Below are positions 12,823 to 26,799 of a stretch of 64,000 nt of DNA, piece by piece. Under the pieces are notes generated by a model. That model had not been told where the DNA came from, ran no database searches, and saw only the letters and a program-made list of their open reading frames with translations. The stretch spans positions 3,545,832 through 3,609,831 of the forward strand of contig JBNZDD010013642.1 in assembly GCA_050575255.1 (NCBI GenBank), given 5' to 3'. The stretch is from Harriotta raleighana (lineage: Eukaryota). A program made the position numbers and the translations under genes. Position 1 is the first letter of the stretch. Each line of letters opens with the position of its first letter.

Positions 12823-13334
12823 TAACGACTTAACGCTGCTGAACATACAATGTGGGAACTATTATATCTCTTTTGTGTCTATTACGATTGCTGATTTGGC
12901 TGACACTGTGTTGAACCATTCCCATCTGTCTATGTCATGCAGGATCCTGCAATAGGAAAAAGAGAATTAAATATTTCATAAACGTACAAGTTCAAAAATG
13001 GCAATTACAATTAAGTTACTTATTTAACCTCATATTTCCATCGGTAATGAAACATAGTTTTTTAGAAAACACAGTTTAGAAGCAGTGGAGATTGGGGCAT
13101 GAATTATTGAGTAGTATGCTCACAAGTGTCCGTTGTGAGGAGAACATCTGCTTACTGCTCTATAGTTCACTGCCATGCCATGAGCCACATTAGGTTTTGT
13201 TAAGGTTCAGAATTTATATATAAATTAACTGTAAATTATTCAATTAAATTGTTTTTATTGCATAGACATGTTCTTTGGAAAGCCTTAGAATTTATAATCA
13301 GAGAATTCAAAAAACATTGTTCTTCCAGATATCA

Positions 13335-13750
13335 GCCTGGCTAATTTGGTAGCACTTTCACCTCTGGGTCAGAGAGGTTATGAGTTCAAACCCGCAAGTC
13401 AGCACTTTGAGCTCATAATCTAGTCTGACAGTACTTTACATTGTTGGGGGTACTCCTGTGTTTTTGGAGGTTCTGTTTTTCACATGAGGTTTTAATCTGA
13501 TGTCCTGCCTGTTCATGTGAACACCAAAGGTCCCACAACAATATTCAAAAACAGTAGAGAGTTTCTTCCAGTGCCCGTCCAATAATCTGCCAAATAAAAG
13601 AGTGATTTGTATCATGCATGTTGGTAGGTCATTGCTATGTGCAAATTGGTCGTTATATTTGCTTATACGTTGCCCTTACATGAATTCCCTGTCATGTGTT
13701 TTGAGACCTTTGAATATTATAGGCACTGTATCAAATGCAAGGATTATTAT
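13335..13750 (+). mobile_element. Old Deu-type SINE, degraded
   Basis: Head TGGTAGCACTTTCACCTCTGGGTCAGA..GAGTTCAAACCC; core GCTATGTGCAAATTGG; tail AAATGCAAGGATTATTATT. Confidence 0.7.
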
Positions 13751-15999
13751 TCATTGTTTATATCATGCAGAGGTTTATTTCCATTCAATGCATTATCCTG
13801 ACTTTGTGTTCTTTCAGTTGTAAATCTGCAAGTGTAGATTTCTCAAGGATGGGTGGAAATGAGATGAGAGGGATTGTATACCCTCTATATAACCTCTCAG
13901 TATAAGATCTGATTTTCACTATATTCAGATTGCAAGATAATTTCCTGGAAACACATTTATGCAAAACAAATTCAGATATTGTAACACTACATTATTCGAT
14001 CACTTTTACCTATTCCTGGAAATGATGCAGCAGCATGTTTTGGGGCTCTTGGGATTTCTAAAGTCGCAAGATCAAATTTCTGGGTCTGGGAATTTTTGTA
14101 CAAAAAAAGTTCATTGTCACAACCATAATCAGCAGTTCAAGTCGAGTGAGGATATAGCAAAGCTTTTTTAAAAAGCTCTAGATAACCATCTAGGGTTTAG
14201 ATAAACTCTCAAACACTCCCTTTAGCTGCTTAATGCTCTTTATTTGAAGGTGGCCTTGGACACTGAAAGCAAAGGTAAGTGATGGAGGCATTGACACCTT
14301 TTGATGTGCCTGAACTCTGAAAAGAAAGCCAACCAGGTCTGGTGTTGGTAGGTCAAAGACAGGGAGTGTTACCACATGTCAAGGACTCTTGCCACCTCTT
14401 TGATGTAGCCTTAGATGGAGGGAAATGCTCAATATATAGAATGGGGCCACTGTCACTTTAGCTTGGTAGACTTTTGCTTGAAGCAGAAATGAGGCTTCAA
14501 AGAACGCAAGTAGCCACTGTTCTCCATTTAGTACTTCACACCCACTAGACACCTAATGATTCCACGCTTCCTTGTAAAGCTCCATAGCTTTTGCTTGTTC
14601 CAGCTAACTGTATTGCAGTTAATGTCCCCAGAAACAGTGAAACTGAACATTGCCAATGTTATTTTTTTAACCTTTTAACCTTCCTTTCCCACTCCAGCAC
14701 CAAATAAAAAGAAACATGACTTGGTTTAATGTTTAAAAAAGTAACCTAATCCATTCACTGAGGACATTAGAATGCTGCTTGCATCAAATCAGATCAAGGA
14801 AAGATAATTTGCTCCCATGATCTTTCTGGTTTTGCTAGATATATTAGTAAGAAGCAAAATAAATTCGGAATAATTAGTGTTTGCAAAAAAAACTCCCATT
14901 TAATTCTACCTGAGGCTAATAAACTCAGCATGGGCCGGAATTCAAACCAGCAAACTCCCAGTCCATAAACTGCAGCTCTCATCATCATAACTGGTGCAAG
15001 ATAAATTATAAACAATAAATTTTTCACCGATTCTACCACTATCTCCAAGAATTTTCCAAGATATACGTCTAATTTAAAACTACCAAACAGCATGGAATGT
15101 AAATATAATTGGAAGCTAGCTTTGTGATCGATACAAACTATTTTGTAATAATCCCCCCCCCCCCACCCCACCACGCATACACACAAGAAAAGATCAGTTT
15201 GTCCTTAAGTTACAGGGGGTCAAACCGGTCTTCTTGCACTGTGAACAGTTTGTACTTTGGTAGTTTACTGATCAACAACTAAATTTCCAATCAAATGTAA
15301 AATTTCTTAAAACATTTGTTGAACGTGTGTTCCCACTCAATTGGGATGAAACAAAACTCAAAATACACTTTCATTTAATGGGTTAAACCCGATCCCGGAC
15401 AGATAGTTACTGTGGCATAGTAATAGTTTGGGCAATAAATCTGCACAATTTCTATGGTGTTAAAGCACCCAAAAATCTCAATACCCACTTGACAAGATGA
15501 TCCTTACCCAAAGTGTTTTCAGAGAATGTGTGTGTGTACATGTGTCTTTGTGTGTGTGTGTGTATGTGGTGGGTGGTCGGGGGATGGACATTGCAATTGA
15601 ATTTTAAATAAAGTAAAACACTTTTCCTTCTGGACACGTCACTGTGAATGTTGCAAGTGAAATCTTGAGAGATTAATGGCTGTATTATTTGTGTGAGATG
15701 GAAATGTCCGGAGAGCATGTCAATCAGGGGAACAACTAATCGACTTGCTTTTCTATGTATCGATACTTTGGAGAGGACTTTGGAACTCTTCAGAAATTAA
15801 GGATGACATTAACGGAAAATAGAATTTTTTTTGTGATCCTTGTGTCAGCATTGAGTACCCATAAACCAGGAAAAGCGTGTTAAGTACAGTTCAGGACACT
15901 GAATATTTTCTTGATAATAAGCCAAAGCCCAAAGCTCTGGAGAACAACCTCTAATGCAGCAAGATGGCTTTTCAAATCCCAGCACCACCAGCCCTTCAG

Positions 16000-16282
16000 T
16001 GCACATAGTCATGTCCCACAGACAGCCATGGAGTGAGTAACCAATTTTATTTGTGGAATTTTTGATAATTAGAGAGAGAAACTTTCTGAATATTGGCATG
16101 GATCTTTAACAATTACCTGAACTTGGTAGATGGGATCTCAGTTTAACATCTCATCTGAAGGATGGCACCTCTGACAATGCAGTACCCCTCAAGCAGTGTC
16201 ATCTTTAGATTATGTAATTCCAAGTCCCAATGTGGGACTTGAATGCACAACCTTCTGACTCAGAGGCGAGAGTGGTACCACA
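16000..16282 (-). mobile_element. Old Deu-type SINE, degraded
   Basis: GTTTAACATCTCATCTGAAGGATGGCACCTCTGACAATGCAGTAC and head GGGACTTGAATGCACAACCTTCTGACTCAGAGGCGAGAGTG. Confidence 0.7.
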
Positions 16283-16724
16283 TTTGCAATGCTCATTTCC
16301 TTTAGAACCATATTCATTCCAAACGCAACTGAAAAAAGTTTTGACTGTTGACCAGCGATGACTTCTGTTTTTCCAGTGACCACAATTACACTGAAACTCT
16401 GCAGCTGAAAATCACCATGAATTTCTATTCCTATTTTCAGAATCAAACTTCTGTAAAAATGTTAAACAAGCCTATAAAAAACAAGATGGCTATTTGCAGC
16501 ACCTTGATTTCCTTATGACTACATGTCACTTAAAACCACTTCTGAAAAGTCACCAACCTACACTGAGACAGTAGATCAAAATGACACAGGTTTCAATTTG
16601 CAAAGGTAAATTTCAGAACAGAGGATGGCAGGGTGTATATTCTGGAGGGATGAGATCGGATGGGCGGAATGGCCTCCTTCATCCAAATCATCTTGTGATT
16701 CAGTCACTACATAACTGATTTCCA

Positions 16725-16833
16725 AACAACAACAACTTGCATTTATATAGCACCCTCCACGTCAGACAGTATCTCAGAGCGCTTCACAATAGCGGAGTCC
16801 GGGGCTGAGCCATGGGAGGGGGAAGGTGACCAG
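16725..16833 (-). mobile_element. L2 LINE 3' end fragment
   Basis: (CAA)n + TTTATATAGCACCCTCCACGTCAGACAGTATCTCAGAGCGCTTCACAATAGCGG, same as the L2 3' ends at 36569 and 53726. Confidence 0.8.
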
Positions 16834-17664
16834 TGAGAGTTGGAAGTTTGACAAACATCTAAATATCCTAGAACCATCAGGATTGTCATCAATATGGCTA
16901 GAAGATACTTAGAGACCTAGAAAGATGAATGTTGTGATGAATATGAAACATCAACATGGCATGGAAACTGTGGTGCTCCCTGAGTTTAGCCTCATTATTG
17001 ATAAAGTATTCAATGTCATGAACTATACTTAACATGTTGCTAATTCTGATGATGAATTAAAAATCATAAAAGTTTTAAGCATTAAGAGTTTCACGTAGAG
17101 GCCTATAGTGTATCTGAAGTGGTGGAAACAGTTGTAAGAGGATTGTAAAGAAGGAAATATAGAATAGAATTAGGTAATTGAGTCATCAAGTAATTGACCC
17201 ACAGCAATGTAAATACTAATGCCTAATTGTCCAGCTATCTCAGTGTTCGAGGATGTACATTCTGTTAAGCATCTCATATTCCTTTATAACGGACCCCTCT
17301 GAGACGTATGCTTTTAAGTTCAAAGTGAGCAGTTTTAGCTTATCTAATTATTAATGTTTCCAACACTGGAGAATAGCATCACTGTTCTCCTCTGTCTCTA
17401 CACACAGGACTTCAGATGTGGCCTGCTGAGAACACTGACTAGCTTTGTTTTGGAGATCTGAATTCAAAATTGACAATATCTTTACCTATTTGCTGCCTCC
17501 TATTGTTTGGACATAGTGTGTGATGAGCAAGCTAACACCACAGATCTTTATTAACTTCCTCCTTCTCAACCCACTCCTATGCATGGAGTACATGTACATT
17601 AGATACATGGACTATACAAAAATCCCAGCAACATCTAACGTGGAAGTTGCCAGAGGCTGTCATT

Positions 17665-17748
17665 TTGCTTTGCTCTGACAAAGAGCTGGCACAGACTCGA
17701 TGGGTCGAATGGCCTCCTTCTGTGCCATAACATTCTATGATTCTATGA
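17665..17748 (+). mobile_element. CR1 LINE 3' end
   Basis: AAGAGCTGGCACAGACTCGATGGGTCGAATGGCCTCCTTCTGTG followed by the (ATTCTATG)n CR1 tail; matches the 62370 element. Confidence 0.85.
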
Positions 17749-19476
17749 TATGTATTAACAAATAAACAACAGAAATATGAATGTACTGCATTCACACAAA
17801 TATATACATATATGTTAAATATTTTTAAATTAATTCAAAGTTTCTCTGGAATCCCATTCTCAAGACCGTACCACTTGCCCTTTCCCCAGTCTCCTTCAAG
17901 ATTTGCCTCAAGACTTTCCTCCTTGACTACACCTTCAGTCGTCTTCTCTCCTCCCCATCCCTCTCTTCAGCTCCCATCCCCAGCTCAGGTGCAAACTCTG
18001 GGTTCTCCAGCACCTTGAGAGAGTCTCCCAACATGAAAGGTGTTATATAAATGTTGTTGCTATTGTTGTAAAAAACATTACTTTCATTTCAGCACACAGA
18101 ATTTTTTTTATTTTTTAAAGACAGTTCTCCAAGGTATGATAGAAATTTTCATGATATGAACATAATTTGCAAAGTTCAGTTTCTCTTCTATTTTAAGAGG
18201 AATCTGAAAGTGCTCTTTAGGGAACTCATTTCAGATGTTTGGAATCTGCAGAAGGGGAACAATTCCATGCCAATCCAATGTATGAAACTTTAAATCTCAT
18301 TATCCTGATTTGTGGTTGATACACACAACACCAATACCACAAACCGACCTTAGATCTGATTGTACAGAATAAAACTGTTTCTCTTGTGAAAATATAACAT
18401 TACAAAACTCATTCCTGTTCCTATCCACACAGGATTAAAAGCCACATTTAAGTGAATCTTTCTGTACGTTTTTCGCTTTAAAGATTAGGCAGACATTCAC
18501 TCCCAACAGCTTAGATATATGCAGTGCATTATCAGAAGATCACAATCTAACCACTGCACAGAATTCCTCCAGAAATCTAAAGTTCAGAGAATCGTTGGTT
18601 AAATTCCACAAAACACCAGAAATCTGCTACTAGCTCCTTACATTATTAGTCAAACAAGAAACTATTGATTCGATAAGAACAATTTATAATTTAAAGGTGA
18701 TTTTGGAAACGACTTGGCTTTGTGGAAGGGATTTGTTATGTAATTTGGGCATTTTATATTCCTGGCTTCCCTATACTAATGAAAATGATACAGGAGCTGC
18801 TGTATCCCTTTAAGGAAACTCACCAAACATTGTTGAGAAATCATTATCTGAAATCATTTCAGTGAAATGACAAGTGAGGGGAATCCTTTTTTGTTGTTCA
18901 TCTTTGCATTGTTACCACTGTGCTGAGATTTTGTGTCAAACAATCTTCTCTGTTTACAATAGGAGTGAAGAGTTTTAAGCAGTGAGATCTGAAACAGAGC
19001 GATTTCTAACAGGTTTCCACTGGTAGTGAAATGGTTTGTAATTCATCAATGCTTATTCACGCTCAATTCAACTTCTCATAAGAAAATACAAGACTTACTT
19101 TTTTTGAATAAAGGTGCTGCTGAGCCTGCATCAGCTCTCAGAGCAATCTGCTTATTCAATCTTATCATCTCGCCCTATTCCAATACCCCTTCAAACCTTG
19201 ATCAATCAAACCTGGAGTCTACACAGCTCCCGCAGAATCATTCCGTTATCTCCTCTCCCCACTAATCCCCTCAATTCAAGGTTCTTGCTTTCCTACTTAC
19301 CACCCTCCCCCACACCCTCCCGACCCCAACCCCACTTCCCCCACCATGAAAATCAAGAGGAGATCTTATTATTTTACAATCTGACATACATCTATTATGG
19401 ATATATCAGCACCTTGGAACGTGCTCTCGACATGAAAGGCGCTCTATAAATGTAATTTTGTTGTTGTATCAATTGT

Positions 19477-19777
19477 GTAGTCTTGTAGTTCAGAGGTTAG
19501 CACACCCATCTCACAAGCGAGAGACCTGGGTTTGATTCCCGGCAGAGAGAAACCTTGGGCAAGTTTCCTTATTCCACATGGCTAATAGTAATCTCTCCAA
19601 AAATATATAATAAATTGGTCACTCAAAACACAACTGTTTGTGGGACACTGCTGTGTGTAATTGACTGTTTTGCTCACAAATATATGGTTAATTCACTTTA
19701 CAGTAAATTCTGTGAAGTGCTTTGAGATATCTAAAAGACACGAAAAGCACTATATCAAATGCAAGGATTATTATTAT
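19477..19777 (+). mobile_element. Complete tRNA-derived SINE
   Basis: Head GTAGTTCAGAGGTTAGCAC...GGGTTTGATTCCC, CTTGGGCAAGTTTCC, core, (ATT)n tail. Confidence 0.9.
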
Positions 19778-19999
19778 CAATTACCCTGTATCAACGCACT
19801 TTGAAACAATTTCTAAAAATACATCAAAATTAAAATAAGAAACGGAAATGCACCATATGCAGTGCTGGTATTCAAACCTTCTTTCTAGGTGCAGTCTTAA
19901 GTATTCCTTTAGTGTTAATGAAAACTGGTTTTAATTCACCTTTTTCAGCTGAATTCATCGCTGGGCCAAGGATAGGATTAAGTAGCAACGAACACTGGG

Positions 20000-22350
20000 G
20001 AAAACAAACAATAGAATTTGGGGAAATGCTACTTTAATAAATGTGGAGAACAAGCACAGCATGTCCTTTGGAGAAAAGAAGGAGAAAAAAACAAAATCTA
20101 TACCACAGTGACTGAATAAGAAGGCCAAGAATAGCCTAAAGGCTAAGAAGAATTATTTTAAAAGATACAAGGAATCAAAAAGTAATGAGGACTGGGAATC
20201 ATACAAAAGCCATCTGAGGATAACGAAAATGAATACAGTACTAGAAGATGAAATTCGAAGGGCATATTGTCGACAGCAGCAAGATGAGTAAATAAATTTA
20301 TTTGCAATGTTCAAAGAAGGCAAGGCATTAAAGGTCATAGAGTCTGTTATATAATAAGATGGGAAGAAATATTACAGGAAAATGAAGAGCAGCAGATGTT
20401 TTAAAGTAATTCTACATGTCACATTCCAGCTGCATTCTAACTGATTCAGAAATCTATATTGCATGTTAAAGGTTAATAAAGTGTATGTTATAAAGGATTA
20501 ACTATTTACAAAATAACTGGACCAGATGATATACACTGTTGAATCCTCAAGGACATGGAAGGAAGAATTGTGTGCGATTCGGTTTAATAATTTTAGCTAC
20601 TTTGTAAATGCAGAGCCTTCACCAGAGAAATAACATGATACATGACAACCCCATTAGAATTTGTCCTGGTTAAGTGTGGGTTCATGTAGAGGTCTACAGT
20701 GAATCTGAAGACTACGGGAAGTGGTGTAAAAAAAACCTCACACCAAAAAATGGCTACTTTGCGGTATAGACAGGCCTCTGCTCATTTCAAGTCCTGTGTA
20801 TTTTGTAAGCACATTGTGCACACCAAACATTGCTGATATCACTTGCTGTGCACTGTGCGCTGTACACAGGAATTGTCTTTGAGGTCAATTTGTGGTGTCA
20901 GGAGCATGTCTTGCTTGGGCATTATTATTGTTGTTGTTGTTGTTGTTGTTGTACCCATACATTGTGCACAATAAAACAATGTCAATGGCAGCCTGACAAC
21001 TTTGAAGTCAATAATTTTTCCTACTTTGTTTTGGTTACCGACCCAGATCACTGTGTTACAATGTGGTTGTCTCGCCACAACATTTGAAACAGGCATGAAG
21101 CAACAACTACTGTACTTTCATATACTGTACTGCACAATAAATATATAGAGAGAGAGAGAGTGAGAGCGCATCTCACACAGAGTCCTGTTTCAGAGAATCC
21201 TGAAACATAGATCACTACTAAGTACCCTTACATCAATAGTTAGGGAAATGCTCTAACAATATTTTACAAGATATTATCATTGTTCATCTTTGGACAATGA
21301 GTCCAAGGAATAATCAACATGGTGTTAGAAACAAGTCTCACCACTGCATTGAAATTTTTAGAGAAATTACTAAGTGTAGGTTATAACTAGACAATGGATC
21401 AGATTTTCAAAAGGCATTTGCTAGAGATGCACAAAGTGAATTTATAAAGAATATTAAGATGCATCATATTAATGGTAAATTAATCTGCAGGTTTGAAAAT
21501 TGATGTAGAAATAAATAATAAAAATCAATACATTTGATAAAGTCATTTATGTCAGGGTAACAACTTAAAATGCTTCATAGGATTTTACTGTAACTGTGGG
21601 CAAAAGTACCAGAAGACAGGACTTTCTATTGGTACATTGATTTATGGAGTTCTGAATAGTCCCTTTTTAACCATTCAATCCATTTTAAACAATTTATTAA
21701 GGAGGGTACGTCTTGCAATATAGAATTTTCTGAGGGCACTAAGTTGCTTGGTTGTTGAGCAATAACACAAAGGTGATGAACAGCATACATAGAGATCTGG
21801 ACAAACCAGGAAATTACAGATAAAATTTAATGTGAATGAATGTATGCACATGAGTAGATATATTGGGAAATATGTGAACAGATGGATGTCCTTTGAGAAA
21901 TATAGAAAGGAAAATAATTTGAACATTACCAATGTCCAAAAGTTCAAATCCAGTGGACTCTATATGTTATTTAACATTGTGACCTGGAAAGTGTAATACA
22001 GTACAACAATATCAACAACTTGCTTTATATAGCACCCTTCTTGTAGGAGAATTAAGACAGTGCGGTTTCATTTGTATGGAAACATAATCGTCTGTGCAAA
22101 ATCACTCTAATTATTCCATTTTACAATAAGATAATTAACATATTTGAAGGTTTTACTGTGTAACTGTGGGGCATTAACATGGTAATGGTTAACGTCCCTT
22201 GAGTTTGCTCCTAAAAGCCTAGTTTGGTTCTTTCTCAAACTCGGTTTTCCGTCGAGATATTAAAAATGACGGAAGGTTCATTACTATTTTCTAATACTCA
22301 GAAGATTAAAGTACAGAAATGCAATAGTGGAAAAATCTGTAACAAGATTA
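20000..22350 (+). mobile_element. Ancient, heavily decayed CR1 LINE (RT region), interrupted
   Basis: Colinear remnants of CR1 ORF2 motifs: GPDDIH (~20520), LTSIVREML (~21230), NQHG (~21315), DFQKAF (~21400), RDLDK..KFNVNEC (~21800); no open frame left. Confidence 0.6.
20928..20951. repeat. (TTG)n microsatellite
   Basis: Direct trinucleotide run. Confidence 0.95.
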
Positions 22351-22595
22351 ATGATATTCAGTAATCTTCGCCACTAATACCTTTTGTAAACCAATATTTC
22401 AGTTTGTTTCGGTGCCAAGGAATATGTGTCCTAAGGAGGATTTGATGGTTTCTGACATTTTGAGAATCCTGCCTACCAAGCTCCAGGCACGACTCCATGT
22501 CTGACATTCTCTTCCACTCTATGTACAGTTCAAAATATCTGAGATATTCAGTATATACTATAAATCCCTCCCGGCATGTTTCTGATCAATTCTTT

Positions 22596-22744
22596 CCACC
22601 ACTCAATGTTCATTTGAAATCATCCTCCTACTTTTGTGACTGGGTTGGATCTCTTCCTCTCCATTTCATGGTTNCCACCACTCAATGTTCATTTGAAATC
22701 ATCCTCCTACTTTTGTGACTGGGTCGGATCTCTTCCTCTCCATT
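22596..22744. other. ~70-bp direct duplication around a single N (probable haplotype/contig-join artefact)
   Basis: 22596-22665 vs 22675-22744, N at 22674, one internal difference (GGGTTGG vs GGGTCGG). Confidence 0.85.
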
Positions 22745-22901
22745 GTACGAAATTACAGTGGGCAAATTGGCTACTGAGATCACCTGCAAATGCAGTTACT
22801 ACACTTCACAGAAACCTCTTTGAGACATTTTGACATGATAAGGCGCTACATCAAAGGCAGACATTGTAATTATTGTAATCACTAAGACATCGAGCTAGAG
22901 C

Positions 22902-23062
22902 CATAGAATCACAGAATCTTATGGCACAAAAGGAGGCCATTCGGCCCATTGAGTCTGTGCCGGCTCTTTGAAAAGAGCAACTCAATCCCACTCCCCAGCT
23001 CTCTCCCCATAACCACGCAAACCCATCTTCCCCAAATAAATGTCTACTTCTCTTTTAAAGAA
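22902..23062 (-). mobile_element. CR1 LINE 3' end
   Basis: CATAGAATCACAGAATC tail + AGGAGGCCATTCGGCCCATTGAGTCTGTGCCGGCTCTTTG. Confidence 0.9.
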
Positions 23063-23108
23063 GATGTGAATGGGGAAACCCAGGCAGCATATATATGCAC
23101 CACTGAGT

Positions 23109-24972
23109 ACAACAACAACAACAACAACAACCTTAATTTATATTGCACCCTCCACGCCAGACACAGTCTCAGAGCGCTTCATAAAAACGGATCCCAGGGG
23201 TGAGCTAGGGGAGAAAGGTGACCGAAGGAACGGTCGAAGAGAAAGGTCTTTAGCCGACTTGAAACTGGGAAGAGAGGGGGCAAGATGAAGGAAATGAGGA
23301 AGGGAATTCCAGAGCCTCGGGGCGTAGTAGCTGAAGGCATGGATGCTGATGGAGGAGAAGAGGATTCGGGGGTCAAGGAGGCAGCCAGACTAGGTGGAGC
23401 AAAGGTAATTGGTGCTATTTTGAGGAGAGAGCAGGTCAGGGAGGTAGGGGTTGCAGAGGCATGGAGAGATTTGAAGACAAGGATGAGGATCTTGAAATCG
23501 ATCTTCTCTGAGACAGAGAGCCAGTGAAGTCTGGCAAGGACTGGGGTAATGGGGGAGTGAAGCTTGGTGTGGGTGAGAATGCAGGTGGCAGAATTCTGTA
23601 TGAGTTTGGAGTTTATGAATTGTGGTGGAGGGGAGACCGGCGAGGAGGGCATTTGAGTAGTTCAGCCAAAAGGTGACAAAGGCATAGGCCAGAGTTTCAG
23701 CGGCTTTTGGGGCAAGATATTGCCAGAGACTGGCGATACGTGGGAGGTAGAAAAAAACAGTGCTGGTGAGGGACCAGATATGGGGAAGGAAGGGCAGTTG
23801 GGTATCGAAACTGAGGCTTAGGTTGGAAATGGGTTTGGAGAGTTTTAGGGGTAGGACGGCCAGGTGGAGGAGGTGAGAGCCATGTGATTAAAGACGTTGA
23901 CGAGAGCCAAAGAGTATTGCTTCCGTCTTGTCAACATTCAGCTGCAGGAAATTTGTGCTCATCCAGCTCCTGATATCTGGATGGTGGCAGAGGATGGTGT
24001 GGTTGACTGTGTCGAACTCAGTGGACAGCTCCAGGAGGATAAGGAGACAGAGGGAGTCCTTGTCACATCTAGAGACTACATTGTTTGTGACTTTCATAAG
24101 CGCAGTCTCTGTACTGTGGGCAGGGTGGAAACCGGACTGGAGGGGATCGAAAAGGGAGTGGAAGGGAGTGAAGGCAAGGAAGGGCAGGCTTGAAATAGGA
24201 CCATAGCGGCTCGGATTTGAGGGACCTAGGGAAGGATTTTTGAGGAGGGGCTGATGGCAGCAGTTTTGAGGGAGGCAGGGACTGATCATGTGGAAAGGGA
24301 CTGGTTGATGATGTCAGCCAGCAGTGGGCAGAGGAGTGCGAGCTGGGTGACCAGTAAATTGGTGGGGAGGGGGTCGAGGCAGCAGGCGGTGGGTTTTATT
24401 GAGGTAATGGTACATGAGAGGGAGGAAGAAGAGACTGGGGAGAAGGAATGTAGGAAGCGGGTCATGGTAGGAGCTGATGATAGGGAGGGTGAGGGGATAG
24501 AATGGGGGTGGTGGTGGGCGATGAGAGGCAGGAGGATGAGGCTGCCTGGTGGATATTGTGTATTTTGGAGGAGAAGAAGTCCATGACCTCCTTGCACTTC
24601 GCATTTGAAGTGAAGACTGAGGATGCCTGAGGGGTTGCATGAGGGGGTGGTGGGTGGTGGAAAAAAGGACTTGGTTGTTGTTTTTAACCCCGAGGATGAT
24701 GTTGTAATTTTCACACGTGACAAAGAACGGTGGTAACTATGAAGATGCTCGTGCCACAGTTGGAGGTAAATCGTCAAATTGGTTTTCTGCCACCTGCGCT
24801 CAAGCAGTCGGGATTGTCTTTTAGTGAGCAGAGATGAGTATTAAATCAGGGGGATCGGATGGATTTGGAGATGGTCCTGGATTTCAGAGGACGAGAGAGT
24901 TGAAAGTGGAGGAGAGGCGATCATGGAGCTACTGGACGGCTGCTTCAGGATCACTGTGGGTGGAAGGCCAGT
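23109..24972 (-). mobile_element. 5'-truncated L2 LINE, decayed ORF2 (RT and C-terminus)
   Basis: Minus-strand peptides KPTACCLDPLPT, LQSGFHPAHSTETALMKVTN, LLELSTEFDTVNH, WMSTNFLQLNVDKTEAILFG, ITPVLARLHWL..KIDFKILILVFKSLH; (CAA)n tail at 23109. Confidence 0.95.
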
Positions 24973-26407
24973 TTTGTAGTATTTTGTAGTTTTTTCAAGT
25001 TAAATACATCACTGGAATAGTGATATGCAATGTCCAGTGTATTTAATACATATTCACACAAACAAATTCTGTTTAGAAATATATAGTTGACACTAGGCAG
25101 GTTTTATTACACCAAACAGTGGAAACATGTTACTATCCTCTCAGGGTAGAGGAGATATTTTACACCAATGATTCAGATTTCATAAAAGAAAGTAGTGGAC
25201 AAAGAACCATAGAAATTAAAATAATAATAATCCTTGCATTTCATATATTGTCTGATCACGTTGTTGAGATGTCTCAATACACTTCACAGAATATACTGTA
25301 AAGTGAATTTACCATGTATTTTGTGTGCGATAACAGGGGAAAAGGTCATACGCCTATCGTGTCTGTTCTGACTCTTAGAAAGAGCAATCCATCCAGTCTC
25401 ATTTGCCTTCCTTTTCTCCCCCACATCTCTCCAGACCCCAATACTGCTTTTTTATAGAACCACAGAGAACTGTGGAACAGAAGGAAGCGCTTATTGGCAT
25501 CTAAACTACCACGTTAACTGGATTAAGTTCAGCTGAACATTTTACCATTAATAGCACCAAGCTGATGCTATATGGCATTGCACACAGCTCACACAGCACT
25601 TACTCCCTCTGCACTCCCAGCTTGCTTCACAAATGTCAATGCAGACTTTTCTCACAGATTAATGCCTTTCGCTTCGGCCAATCTGACTGCTTTATTTGAA
25701 TAATCCATCTGCTAATGAGTAATTAATCGTGTAGACTAAAAGGACAAAAGGATACAAAGTCTCACTAGGTCACCCGAGTACCCTTTAATTTAAAAAATAA
25801 ATCAACTTGTCAGAAAACTTTCCAGGAAATGAATAAATATTTAGAAAAATTTGGTTAAGATGTGGGTGTGACACATACAAGGGGGTGGGGGCTTCTCAGG
25901 GAGGGGAGATAAACAGCTGTATGGATTAGTCAGGTTGAATGGCTGATTCTGTGCCTTGGAACTCTAGGCAATTTAGCGCTTTATATTCCATTGATCAGTA
26001 AAAACTCGTGTAACCCCCTTTTAAAGCTCTTATCAGCAAGAATTTACCCAACATGGAGTTCACACCCAAACCTCCACTCTGCAGAGCGGACACTAATGTG
26101 AGGGCATTAACGTTTACACCGAACAGGCAGGTGAGAAAGGAGAATTTTCGCACCAAAACAAGGCTAGGACTCCATTAGTGGATCGTGTAATATTTCTACA
26201 CAAGTCAAAACAAGGTCAATGAGAGGCCAGAAATGAATCGACTCAAAAAGAAGTGTTAAATTAGTGTTAATGGTGGTCTAAAGTTCAACCGTAGCATATT
26301 CTGGGAATGTAATGTGCCAAATCTAATTGACAGCCATAATGTATTGGCCATTTTAATAATAATGCAGATAATGGAGTTTAGCAACTATCCACCAGTAGAA
26401 TGTTTTA

Positions 26408-26799
26408 CAGGTAGACCTCACTTAACGTCGCATCAGTTAATGTTTTTCATTATTACGTTGCTGATACATTGGGAACATATATTCATTCAATGTTGCAACG
26501 TTTGCTATTACGTCGTTCATTAGCGAGTGGAAGGGGTGCACGGCGGCGCTCGGACCTGGGAGTGAGCCAGGCTGGCAGCGAGTGAGACCAGACCGGCAGC
26601 GAGTGAGTGAGCTGGGCAGGCAGTCAGGGAGCGAGTATAATGTTTTTTTTAAAAGAAAATGTTGGAAAAAAAATGTCCAAAAGAACCTAACTCCAGTTTT
26701 TACATTCATTCTTAAGGGAAAAATGTATTCCTTTAACATTGTTTCGCTTAAAGTCGCATTTTTAAGAACCGACTTGCGACATTAAGCGGGGTCTACCTG
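26408..26799. mobile_element. Tigger-like MITE (family B), 392 bp
   Basis: 25-bp TIR CAGGTAGACCTCACTTAACGTCGCA vs CAGGTAGACCCCGCTTAATGTCGCA (3 mismatches), TA flanks. Confidence 0.9.
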
